Virus record (IMG/VR): IMGVR_UViG_3300007735_000802
Direction: 5' to 3' (one strand)
DNA from: a virus
Length of the DNA stretch: 64,000 nt
Shown here: piece by piece, positions 41,333 to 49,619 of the stretch
Position numbering within the stretch: the first letter of the stretch is position 1
Layout of the letters: each line of letters begins with the position of its first letter
The notes under the pieces: model-generated
Told to the model about the DNA's origin: nothing
The model's input: the letters and a program-made list of their open reading frames with translations, nothing else
Database searches by the model: none
Made by a program: the position numbers and the translations under genes

Positions 41333-42031
41333 ATGAATTCATTATTTAATTTTATGAAAGATTCTTTGCCAAGGTATACAGTAAAACAACCTTCGACAAA
41401 GAAAACAATATCGTTTAGACCATTTACGGTAAAAGAAGAAAAAATGCTGTTAATAGGAAATCAGACTGGTTCAAATGCTGATTTTCTTACAACAATAGGA
41501 AAGTTGATTGAAAATTGTTTTGATTATGCAGGAGATGTCAAACAACTACCGATGTTTGATATTGAATATTTCTTCTTAAAACTAAGAGCAAAATCAGTGG
41601 CAGAAATAACCACACCAACAATAGTTTGTCCGGAGACGCAAGAAAAAATAAAATTAGAGATTAATTTGGATGAACTTGAACCGACATATAATCAAGAACA
41701 TAAAACAGAAATAAAATTAGCAAATAATATTTTAGTTAAAATGAAGTATCCAACGCTTGCTGATTTTATTGAAACGGAAAACTTTGATTATTATGATCTT
41801 ATTATAAATTGTATCAAAGAAATACAAACACCAAATGATATTATTGATTGTTCTTTGGTATCAAAAAATACAGTTCAAGAATTCATAGACTTACTAACAA
41901 AGGAACAATTCTTAAAACTGACAGATTTTATCAAAACGATGCCACGAATAGAGTTCAAGGCAAAATATAAAACATCAGATGGTAAAGAAAGAGAAATTGC
42001 AATTAAAGGAATCAAAGATTTTTTTCTATAA
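41333..42031 (+). CDS. gp26: Baseplate hub assembly protein (T4 gp26-like)
   Basis: PST...FRPFTVKEEK, FDIEYFFLKLRAKSV, MKYP, ends GIKDFF; ATG 41333 follows GAGGA. Confidence 0.92.
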   Translation: MNSLFNFMKDSLPRYTVKQPSTKKTISFRPFTVKEEKMLLIGNQTGSNADFLTTIGKLIENCFDYAGDVKQLPMFDIEYFFLKLRAKSVAEITTPTIVCPETQEKIKLEINLDELEPTYNQEHKTEIKLANNILVKMKYPTLADFIETENFDYYDLIINCIKEIQTPNDIIDCSLVSKNTVQEFIDLLTKEQFLKLTDFIKTMPRIEFKAKYKTSDGKEREIAIKGIKDFFL

Positions 42032-42225
42032 GCCTCAGTCACATAAGTCTAAACAGTGTTTTTAAAATAAATTTTAATCTCTCACACATTCAAGATAAAA
42101 GTTTATTTGATATAGAAAACATGATACCTTGGGAAAGAGACTTATATGTGGAACAACTGAGGCAGTATATAGAGGAACAGAATCTAAAGACACTACAAGC
42201 AAAGGCAGATAAGAGATATGGATGA
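42019..42225 (+). CDS. gp51: gp51-like hub assembly catalyst frame, probably expressed by -1 frameshift from gp26
   Basis: The -1 frame reads FSISLSHISLNSVFKINFNLSHIQDKSLFDIENMIPWERDLYVEQL... (MIPWER..Y gp51 motif); in-frame stop at 42004-42006; first ATG only at 42121; T7 run at 42019-42025. Confidence 0.8.
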   Translation, partial: FFSISLSHISLNSVFKINFNLSHIQDKSLFDIENMIPWERDLYVEQLRQYIEEQNLKTLQAKADKRYG

Positions 42226-43189
42226 AACAACAGATAAAAGAAAAATAGCAAATCTTGAATTGAAAGATTATGTAAGTCTGAATGTTTTGCCAACAACATC
42301 TGAATCTTCAAATTATGTTGAACTTCCAAAAGAAGAAAGTTCAAACTATGTTGAAACTGGTGGAAATTCGAATAACATCAATGTCAATATTAACATTGAT
42401 GGGAATCAAAGTCCTCAGTTGAATCAAGTGAATGAGACAAAAACCATAGTAAACAATGTATTACAAACAACTACAAATCCAGCAGATATAAAAAAAAACT
42501 CACCTCAAGACTCTCAAATGTCTGGAGAAAAGGTATTAGGAGATAGAGAATATCTACAAACGGTGTACAGAAAATATGATGATGAGGGATATTCCATTAT
42601 TCCTGAAATGGTGAGTCAATCTGCAACTATAGAATCTCTGGGTTCTAACGAATTCAACAATACCGAAGTTTCTAAATTTCAATATTCTGATATAAGAAAA
42701 GAAAATAAATCATTTATTAAAAATTTAAATATTGTCAGAAATATAACAAATACGGTATTGGCGGATTTAAACAGAGTTACATACTCTCCACAAAATGCAA
42801 TTAAAATGTCAATTGCAAATGTTACAAATGTAACACAACAATATTCTTCTGCAAGATCTCTTGAAGTTTCAAATGAAAGATCTAACATTGATGGTAATGA
42901 AAAAAATATAAGAGAAGCAGCAAGAAAACGAGAGATGGAAATTAAAAGAATAGATGAAGTGTTACTTCAATTGAAGAAAAATAAAGATACAAATGATGGA
43001 GAAGATGGTGAAACTGAGTACGAAATGAAAGAAGGATCAACATTTTTACCAGATATGTTTAGTTCTGCAAATCAGTCATTCATACAAAAAAATAAATTAT
43101 CAAGTCTCAACGACAGTGGAGACAGTACGATAGGAATATTTGTCAATAAAATGAACAATCCTCCAAACTGGAGGACTGTTCTAGGATAA
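42218..43189 (+). CDS. Hypothetical virion protein in the gp29 (tape measure) position
   Basis: 323 aa, N/S/E-rich, overlaps the gp51 stop; assigned by synteny only. Confidence 0.5.
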   Translation: MDETTDKRKIANLELKDYVSLNVLPTTSESSNYVELPKEESSNYVETGGNSNNINVNINIDGNQSPQLNQVNETKTIVNNVLQTTTNPADIKKNSPQDSQMSGEKVLGDREYLQTVYRKYDDEGYSIIPEMVSQSATIESLGSNEFNNTEVSKFQYSDIRKENKSFIKNLNIVRNITNTVLADLNRVTYSPQNAIKMSIANVTNVTQQYSSARSLEVSNERSNIDGNEKNIREAARKREMEIKRIDEVLLQLKKNKDTNDGEDGETEYEMKEGSTFLPDMFSSANQSFIQKNKLSSLNDSGDSTIGIFVNKMNNPPNWRTVLG

Positions 43190-43204
43190 GAGAGAATTTT
43201 GATA

Positions 43205-44098
43205 TTAGTCTTCTGCTAGTTTCTGAAAATAACTCAGAGCATCTGACTCTTCGTCAACATCATCTTCTACGGGTTTCTTTGACTTCAAAGATGGTTTCTT
43301 TTCCGTCAACTCATCAGCAACATCCTCTGCTGTCTTCTGAGAAGATGGAGCAGTTCCACGAACATCTCCACCAAGAACCTCATACATACGAGACTTGAGT
43401 TCTTCGTATGTTTTAAAGTTTGATGCATCTACAAGAGGAAGAAGTGCATGTTGAGATTTCCAAATCTTTTCCAACTTAGCATCGTCATCTGAAAGAACAG
43501 ATTGAGAATCAAACTCGGACTTATCATAATTGGTAAAACCACCAACCTTACGAATCTTGATTCTGAAGTTTGCACCCTTCCAGAAATCAAATGGATTGAT
43601 TGGTTCCTCATCATTGAATTCAGGCTTCATTGCTTCCTGAATCTTCTCAAAGATCTTGGTTCCAAACTTATAAAGAAAAACCTTTCCCTCATTCTGTGGA
43701 TTTGCTGGATCTGAAACCACATAAATGTTTGCAATATAAGTCAACTTACGCTTGCGAATTCTTGCAAGATCCTTATCTGATTCAAGACCAGAATTCCAGA
43801 GTTGATTATTTAATTCGCCAACAGGATCCTTTTGACCAATTGTTGTCAGAGAGTTTTCAATATACCATCCACCTGGTCCTTGAAATGCATGGTTATACAT
43901 CTTTACCCAAGGAACATCCTCTCCGTCTACTGGTGGAAGAAAACGAATAATTGCAAATCCGTTTCCAGACTTATCTTGCTCTGGTCGCCAAAAGCGATCA
44001 TCCTTATAATCCTTTGCCTTGGTCTGATCTTCCATCTTCTTAATAAGATCTTCAATACCAGACTTTGACTTCTTCTTCAAATCTCCAAATGAACCCAT
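43205..44098 (-). CDS. gp32: Single-stranded DNA-binding protein (T4 gp32-like)
   Basis: DDRFW...DKSGNG.AIIRFLP, HAFQGPGGWYIENSLTT, GANFRIKI, NYDKSEF, acidic tail. Confidence 0.98.
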   Translation of the reverse strand: MGSFGDLKKKSKSGIEDLIKKMEDQTKAKDYKDDRFWRPEQDKSGNGFAIIRFLPPVDGEDVPWVKMYNHAFQGPGGWYIENSLTTIGQKDPVGELNNQLWNSGLESDKDLARIRKRKLTYIANIYVVSDPANPQNEGKVFLYKFGTKIFEKIQEAMKPEFNDEEPINPFDFWKGANFRIKIRKVGGFTNYDKSEFDSQSVLSDDDAKLEKIWKSQHALLPLVDASNFKTYEELKSRMYEVLGGDVRGTAPSSQKTAEDVADELTEKKPSLKSKKPVEDDVDEESDALSYFQKLAED

Positions 44099-44112
44099 AA
44101 CTCCTACTTTCC

Positions 44113-44157
44113 CCGAAGATCTCCTTCGGTCTTATTACTCAGTGGGAACTCCCCACT
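44113..44157 (-). promoter_or_regulatory. Two GGAG-containing hairpins in the gene 32 leader
   Basis: AGTGGG-GAGTT-CCCACT and CCGAAG-GAGAT-CTTCGG on the minus strand, upstream of an AGGAG SD. Confidence 0.6.
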
Positions 44158-44162
44158 TCTGT

Positions 44163-44190
44163 ATTTTACTATGAAATGCCTCCGTGTCAA
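44163..44190 (-). promoter_or_regulatory. sigma70-like promoter for gene 32
   Basis: TTGACA-16 nt-TAAAAT. Confidence 0.6.
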
Positions 44191-44414
44191 CCGAAAGGCA
44201 ATTTATTCTTAATTTTAGGTAAAAAATTTAAATCTCTTGCTTCTTGTTCTATTTTTTCTAAAAGAGGTTGAGACAGCAACTTTGGAGCCATGGAAAAATC
44301 ATAAGAATATTCTTCAAAATAATGAATAACCGCATCCATGTATGTGCTGTTCTTTGATTTTACATAATTTTCCACTCTTTTGGAAAATTCTTCTTTTGTG
44401 ATGTTAAATATCAT
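44187..44414 (-). CDS. gp33: Late transcription coactivator (T4 gp33-like)
   Basis: FSKRVE...YMDAVIHY...LLSQPLLEKIEQEARDLNFL; adjacent to gp32. Confidence 0.88.
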   Translation of the reverse strand: MIFNITKEEFSKRVENYVKSKNSTYMDAVIHYFEEYSYDFSMAPKLLSQPLLEKIEQEARDLNFLPKIKNKLPFG

Positions 44415-44422
44415 ATGGTGTA

Positions 44423-44450
44423 ATTATACACTGATTAAAATTGATGTCAA
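44423..44450 (-). promoter_or_regulatory. sigma70-like promoter for gp33
   Basis: TTGACA-16 nt-TATAAT. Confidence 0.65.
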
Positions 44451-44483
44451 TCACTAGTATATATAAAAGTAAAGGAAATAAAT

Positions 44484-45725
44484 ATGCCATATACTGCTGA
44501 CAATATTGAAATTACGATCTCTAGTGGTACAGCTGTGATCGCAACAGATTATGGAACTAGCGGATCTGTAGGATTCAGTGCAGCACACGCTCAAATTTCA
44601 AAGATGTCTTGGGGAGATGAGAACTACACTTATAGAGTAAGTGAAGCATACCCAACACCAGTTAAGATTTATGGAATAACAGGAACTACAGTTCCTGTCT
44701 CTGGAACTATTGCAGGAACTGGAGAATTCTTAGTCAAAACAAATCCAACATCTTCTGTTATTGTAAAGGGTTCTACTTTTACATCAGATGCTGCTGTTTC
44801 AATATCTGGAAGAATTCAAGGAATAACATCAGGAACATCAGTAGGTGTTACTGGTTATGTTAATATTTTAAACAATGTCGCAGTATTTGGCATCAGCGGA
44901 GCAACAGCAATTGCAGTAACTGGTGGAAGAAGACTTGCAAGTTCTACTGACAGTGTAACTGTTGTTGGAAATGTTGGAATCAGTGGTGGATTGCAAATAC
45001 TTGCAGCGACAGATTCTATTGCAGTATATGGTCCAAATGGTTCAACATATGTTGAGACAAATCTAAACATTAATGGAACTCCTCTTGGTATTTCTGGTGA
45101 CGCACTAAAGGTAGCAGTAACAAACAGCGGATTTACATTTAGTGTTACTGTGTCTGCAACAACTGGTGTAACAAATACACAAGGACCATTGCAAGTTCAG
45201 GGTTATACAGGAACTGGATATCCACTTACGATCAAAGGAAGTCTAGCAGGAGGAGCAGTAGAAATTGGTGCTCTCACTGCTATTCCAGTAGAAGTAACTG
45301 GTCCTGTAGAGATTGATGATGCAGCATTGATTGATGAAATGGATACATTAAATTCAAGCATCAATACTGTTGCATCAAATACAAGATATACACTAGATGT
45401 GTTGAATTTAATAAATTCATCAGGATCTGGTGCAAAGGTAAACATCAATACAATTACAAAACCTTCAAGAATTATTGCTGGTCAAAAGGTTTTAAGCACA
45501 ACACCAGCATTGATATCTACAGATACACTTCGCGTCGGTGTTACATTAAAATCATTGGGAACAAACACAGCAGACATCTATATCGGAAACACACTTACAG
45601 TTTCAGATACATCTGGTTATGTTTTAAGTCCGGGAGAAAGTATTTACATAGAAGTTGCGAGCATGGGATCGATCTATGCTAGATCAGCAGCAGGAACACC
45701 TACAATATCATACATTGGTAGTTAA
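44484..45725 (+). CDS. Gly/Thr/Ser-rich putative virion structural protein
   Basis: Dense GxT/GxSG motifs; C-terminal GVTLKS...IYIG...GYVLSPGESIYIEV domain. Confidence 0.65.
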   Translation: MPYTADNIEITISSGTAVIATDYGTSGSVGFSAAHAQISKMSWGDENYTYRVSEAYPTPVKIYGITGTTVPVSGTIAGTGEFLVKTNPTSSVIVKGSTFTSDAAVSISGRIQGITSGTSVGVTGYVNILNNVAVFGISGATAIAVTGGRRLASSTDSVTVVGNVGISGGLQILAATDSIAVYGPNGSTYVETNLNINGTPLGISGDALKVAVTNSGFTFSVTVSATTGVTNTQGPLQVQGYTGTGYPLTIKGSLAGGAVEIGALTAIPVEVTGPVEIDDAALIDEMDTLNSSINTVASNTRYTLDVLNLINSSGSGAKVNINTITKPSRIIAGQKVLSTTPALISTDTLRVGVTLKSLGTNTADIYIGNTLTVSDTSGYVLSPGESIYIEVASMGSIYARSAAGTPTISYIGS

Positions 45726-46783
45726 TGGGAAATAGACAAAACACAACATCGGTTGGTGTAAAAAAACTTAGTAAAGAAAAACTTATACTAGTTCGTAGTG
45801 GTGTATTTTATGGATTGGTTATAGAAAATAAAAAGACCGAAGCAAATAGCATTAATCGTGGTCTAACATCTACTCCAACCATAATATATTACAGTGGAAA
45901 TACAAAGTGTTTGATTGACTATGGCAATCAAACAAATGCTGATGCAGAAAAAACAGTTAGCGATTTCTTTACACAAATCGATCCAGGAACAACCATTTAC
46001 ATAATAAATGGTTATTATAAAGATCCTACCTCAGAAAAAACAGCAGATGTAAGCGGAACCTATACATTCAGAAAGTTTGCAAATGGAGTCGTATCTGCCG
46101 ATGTAGTTAGTGTTAATGGATTATCTGCTTCTATAAATCGATATGATAAGTTAAAGTTTGAACAAATTCCATATGTTTTATCTGCATCTTTAAACACCAC
46201 AGACGAACAAAAAACCATAGTTAAAAACAGATTTGGTGTTAATACAAAAAACTCATTCAATTATCTCGGTGTTAAAGTTGGCGATTATGTCAAAATAAAC
46301 ACAATGACTAAACCATCTAAAATTACAGAAATAAATATTGATTCTGACGGAAATGAATATATTATTCTGGAAGACTTATTAGAGAGTTTAGATCTCACAA
46401 GCACAGAAACTGTAGTGACCGTATACGCCTCCACAATCGATTCGTTTAATTATGTTCCAGATGTATTGGAAGACAAAGCGATAGGCGTAGGTGCTTGTAT
46501 AGAAATACAAAACAATGTTATAATTGCTTGCACAAATAACAACACAATCACTCAGTGTAGACTAAGATCAAATATTAAAAATCAAATAAACACAGAAGTA
46601 ACAATAGGTACATTCTGTAGAACACCCGATACAAACTTGTCTGCTGTACAAGATACTACCGCTACATTAGCGCAAGCTACAAATGCAATTGCAAATAGTT
46701 TGTCAACGCTATCAACATCAAATGGAACTGTATTGAGAAACGGTGGAGTAGTTAAGAATAATTTCTTTGGTAGATCTTTTTAA
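45725..46783 (+). CDS. Hypothetical protein with one GAC-type Cys unit (probably structural)
   Basis: Translationally coupled to the upstream gene; VGACIE...ACT...QCR...FC. Confidence 0.6.
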   Translation: MGNRQNTTSVGVKKLSKEKLILVRSGVFYGLVIENKKTEANSINRGLTSTPTIIYYSGNTKCLIDYGNQTNADAEKTVSDFFTQIDPGTTIYIINGYYKDPTSEKTADVSGTYTFRKFANGVVSADVVSVNGLSASINRYDKLKFEQIPYVLSASLNTTDEQKTIVKNRFGVNTKNSFNYLGVKVGDYVKINTMTKPSKITEINIDSDGNEYIILEDLLESLDLTSTETVVTVYASTIDSFNYVPDVLEDKAIGVGACIEIQNNVIIACTNNNTITQCRLRSNIKNQINTEVTIGTFCRTPDTNLSAVQDTTATLAQATNAIANSLSTLSTSNGTVLRNGGVVKNNFFGRSF

Positions 46784-47001
46784 ATTAGTTTTTTTCTAAT
46801 TGGATTTAGATTAAACTTTGTTTTTATTTTTTGAGAAATAGATTGATATGAACTAGAAGATTCATATAAAACACAAAGGGTTACGGTATCCATAGAGACA
46901 CCGTAACCCTTGATTGTGCAATCAGGTTGATTTTCTAAAAATCTTTTGGGTTTACCACTTAACTCCAAAAAGGAGTAAGTATAGGTAACTTGTATCATCA
47001 A
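46780..47001 (-). CDS. Hypothetical protein
   Basis: 73-aa ORF with AAAGG upstream. Confidence 0.5.
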   Translation of the reverse strand: MMIQVTYTYSFLELSGKPKRFLENQPDCTIKGYGVSMDTVTLCVLYESSSSYQSISQKIKTKFNLNPIRKKLI

Positions 47002-47017
47002 CCTTTATTTATCATTT

Positions 47018-47332
47018 TCACTTCTTAACACAGCACTTATCTGACTTTGAACAGTCGCGAATGTCATCGCGAATATCTCGCGCGGTATCATCAACATAAC
47101 GATAGACAGCATCAAAATCACGATAGATTTCGTCACGCTCTGATCGTGCTTCTGCTTCGCACTTCTGTCCGATAACTGACAGAATAAAACCAAGGGCGAG
47201 AGCAACAATTCCAATGTTGCCGAAAAGAGATGCCGTGTTATCTGCGAGATTATCTCCCGCAAACGCGACAAAAAGATTTGCGAAGAGCCCTACACTGGCA
47301 AGACCAACGATAAGATTACGATTCTTTAGCAT
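47018..47332 (-). CDS. Two-TM membrane protein
   Basis: Start refined to MLKNRN (AAAGGAAG SD); two hydrophobic segments. Confidence 0.65.
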   Translation of the reverse strand: MLKNRNLIVGLASVGLFANLFVAFAGDNLADNTASLFGNIGIVALALGFILSVIGQKCEAEARSERDEIYRDFDAVYRYVDDTARDIRDDIRDCSKSDKCCVKK

Positions 47333-47418
47333 ATTTCTTCCTTTCATATGTTTGAATTCTGGACACCAACGATACAACTTGACAGGCCTGGTGATTCTAA
47401 ATGTTTTCATTATTTTTG

Positions 47419-47775
47419 TCATATATTGCTTTCGTGTATTTCTCTATGGCAATTAGCACAGACTAAAATACATTTTGATAATTCTTTTTTAAGTTTGGTT
47501 TCGCTTAACATCCTCATTTTTGACCATTCATATTCTTTAGAAGTTTTATCCAAATGATGAAATTCTAGTGCAGACATTGACTTGTTATATCCACATTTAC
47601 TACAACAACCACCCATTTTGCTGACTACTTCTATTTTTCTAGATTTCCATCTGTCCATACAGTATTGATTGAAACAATCTTTACAATACGAATATGAGTC
47701 TTTTCTTCCCTTTCTAGAATAAAACTGATCTTGAGTTTTTTCTATAGCACATTTAGAGCATTTTTTTGTCGTCAT
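47419..47775 (-). CDS. HNH endonuclease with Zn ribbons
   Basis: CSKC...CKDC, CSKCGY...LEFHH...CANCHREIH; immediately 3' of tRNA-Arg. Confidence 0.85.
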   Translation of the reverse strand: MTTKKCSKCAIEKTQDQFYSRKGRKDSYSYCKDCFNQYCMDRWKSRKIEVVSKMGGCCSKCGYNKSMSALEFHHLDKTSKEYEWSKMRMLSETKLKKELSKCILVCANCHREIHESNI

Positions 47776-47807
47776 GGTATAGATATATATAATCTAACCA
47801 ATTTCAA

Positions 47808-47879
47808 CAACCCCACCAGGAATCGAACCTGGAATAACAGCTTAGAAGGCTGTGGTTATATCCTTTTAACTATGAGGTC
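47808..47879 (-). tRNA. trnR: tRNA-Arg(UCU)
   Basis: Cloverleaf; anticodon arm ACAGC-CTTCTAA-GCTGT; TTCGATT T-loop; no encoded CCA. Confidence 0.93.
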
Positions 47880-47891
47880 TTCGATGCACCT

Positions 47892-47920
47892 ATTATACCA
47901 CAATAGGTGTCCCGTGTCAA
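47892..47920 (-). promoter_or_regulatory. sigma70 promoter for tRNA-Arg
   Basis: TTGACA-17 nt-TATAAT, with TG extension. Confidence 0.8.
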
Positions 47921-47923
47921 GGG

Positions 47924-48241
47924 TTAAACCGAAAGTTTGAGATTTGAATTTCCAGTGGGATCTACAATCTTTTTACCCGGTACTACAAGATTATTTACAA
48001 TTACAGATGTGTAATGATCTCCTAGTTCCTTTTGTGGATCTACCATGAAAACAATATTTTTCTTTTCGATGATTACGCCACTCTCTGTATTTGCGTATGG
48101 AATCCATCGCGCGAGTAGCAACTTTCCTTCTGGAGACGGAATAAGAACTGCCGCATCCTTAAGAGTTACTGTGTCTTCATTAATTGTTGTATTTGAAATA
48201 ATTTCTTCACCACTTACCAAACGAATAATCTTCACTTCCAT
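47924..48241 (-). CDS. Sm-like domain protein of T4-like phages
   Basis: MEVKIIRLVSGEEII...WIPY pattern; GGAG SD. Confidence 0.7.
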   Translation of the reverse strand: MEVKIIRLVSGEEIISNTTINEDTVTLKDAAVLIPSPEGKLLLARWIPYANTESGVIIEKKNIVFMVDPQKELGDHYTSVIVNNLVVPGKKIVDPTGNSNLKLSV

Positions 48242-48246
48242 TATAT

Positions 48247-48483
48247 TTACTCCTTGTTTTCTGAACATCTAAACATTATACGATCCCAAAATGTACACTT
48301 TGGGGGTTTATCAATAGGCCAACATGTACAACATGTTGATGGCCTAATATTTTCATTTTTTGGATCTATGAATCGATCAATACCTTTTTCAATTTCTTTG
48401 AGAGAAAGAAACATATCAATACATCTACCATCTCTGGTTGTTTGAACATGAATCAATTCTGATCGTTTTACTTCTCTTGGCAT
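48247..48483 (-). CDS. Hypothetical protein
   Basis: 78-aa ORF with GGAG SD. Confidence 0.6.
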   Translation of the reverse strand: MPREVKRSELIHVQTTRDGRCIDMFLSLKEIEKGIDRFIDPKNENIRPSTCCTCWPIDKPPKCTFWDRIMFRCSENKE

Positions 48484-48505
48484 TTTAGATCTCCATTATA
48501 GTCAA

Positions 48506-48835
48506 TTACACATTGATGTCAATATTTATCTTTCCTTTTTTTGCTTTTATCTTGTTTGAAACAAAATCATATATCAATTCCAATGATTTTAATCCTATAA
48601 ATCCCATGACAAATGCAGTTCCATATTTACCATTGTTTTGTATATATTCTGGCATAAAATTCAAAACTATTGGTGTAAGGTAATTTGCACATATTGCGCC
48701 AGCAAATATAGATGTTATTGCTTTTCCCGGTGTTTGATTCTTTGTAGTGAGGGCAAGCAACAATGCTCCAAAAAATCCAGCCATAACGAGTCCAAAATCT
48801 ATCCCGTAATTTGAGTTTTCTGAAGACTGATCCAT
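48506..48835 (-). CDS. Putative holin (3 TM segments, basic C-terminus)
   Basis: AGFFGALL, AGAICANYLTP, AFVMGFIG; late promoter TATAAATA at 48892-48899. Confidence 0.6.
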   Translation of the reverse strand: MDQSSENSNYGIDFGLVMAGFFGALLLALTTKNQTPGKAITSIFAGAICANYLTPIVLNFMPEYIQNNGKYGTAFVMGFIGLKSLELIYDFVSNKIKAKKGKINIDINV

Positions 48836-48901
48836 GCACAATTCCTTATTTAATATTAATATCAAACACATATTAAATAGGGTTGCAACCTTATTTATAA
48901 T

Positions 48902-49195
48902 TCATCTTTTTTGTCTGGTTTTTGTAGTAAAAAAGACGAACATAGAAATGACAAAAATAGTCATAGGTGCTGAAATATTGTGTATATGTGTAGCATTGTG
49001 GTGATAAAACTTGTAATCCAAATCAATCTTATATCTGATAATATATTCACTTTGTTCATATTTTTCCAGACTTGGATGATAATTTATGCCTACATTGGAT
49101 TTATATGATTCTGGCAACATCCATCCATAATTCACATCGTTAATTTTAATATCTTTTTTTTCTTTTATCATCAGAAGAATGTCTTGTTTTGACAT
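48902..49195 (-). CDS. Hypothetical protein with C-terminal TM helix and basic tail
   Basis: ...ISAPMTIFVISMFVFFTTKTRQKR. Confidence 0.55.
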   Translation of the reverse strand: MSKQDILLMIKEKKDIKINDVNYGWMLPESYKSNVGINYHPSLEKYEQSEYIIRYKIDLDYKFYHHNATHIHNISAPMTIFVISMFVFFTTKTRQKR

Positions 49196-49199
49196 GTCT

Positions 49200-49556
49200 T
49201 CAGGAAAACCATGAACTAGAGAAGTCGTGTATTGTGCTTACTTCTCTAGTTTCTCCTTCTTTGTTTTCTTTTGGTATTTCAAACGATTCTACCTTATCGT
49301 TTATTTGTTCAACCCCAGAAAAAATATCAACAATCTTATCAGCAAACTCTTTACCGATCAGGGTTATTGCAATAACCATTACTACGGTAAGTGCAAATAT
49401 TTTCTTTTCTAATTTTTCTATAGAAAGAAATGCCACCTTTTTATCTTCTTCACATTGCTTACATTTAGAATCTTTACATTCTGATAATTGTTTTTCACAT
49501 TCGTTACAGTAATTTTGTTCCTTTGAATTCATTGTAGCTCCTCTAGCTGAAACCAC
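49200..49556 (-). CDS. Single-TM membrane protein with Cys-rich N-terminus
   Basis: CNEC...C...CKQC followed by a TM segment; late promoter TATAAATA at 49586-49593. Confidence 0.6.
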   Translation of the reverse strand: MVSARGATMNSKEQNYCNECEKQLSECKDSKCKQCEEDKKVAFLSIEKLEKKIFALTVVMVIAITLIGKEFADKIVDIFSGVEQINDKVESFEIPKENKEGETREVSTIHDFSSSWFS

Positions 49557-49594
49557 AATAATATACCCGAGTCACTACATGCATATATTTATAT

Positions 49595-49619
49595 AAAAAA
49601 ACCCACCATTTCTGGTGGG
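49595..49619 (-). terminator. Rho-independent terminator after the tmRNA coding piece
   Basis: CCCACCA-GAAA-TGGTGGG followed by a T7 run on the minus strand. Confidence 0.8.

Noticed and set aside
42490-42499. A-run (A AAA AAA AAC) as a second -1 frameshift site
   Set aside because: The -1 frame stops after about 16 codons and the zero frame is intact.
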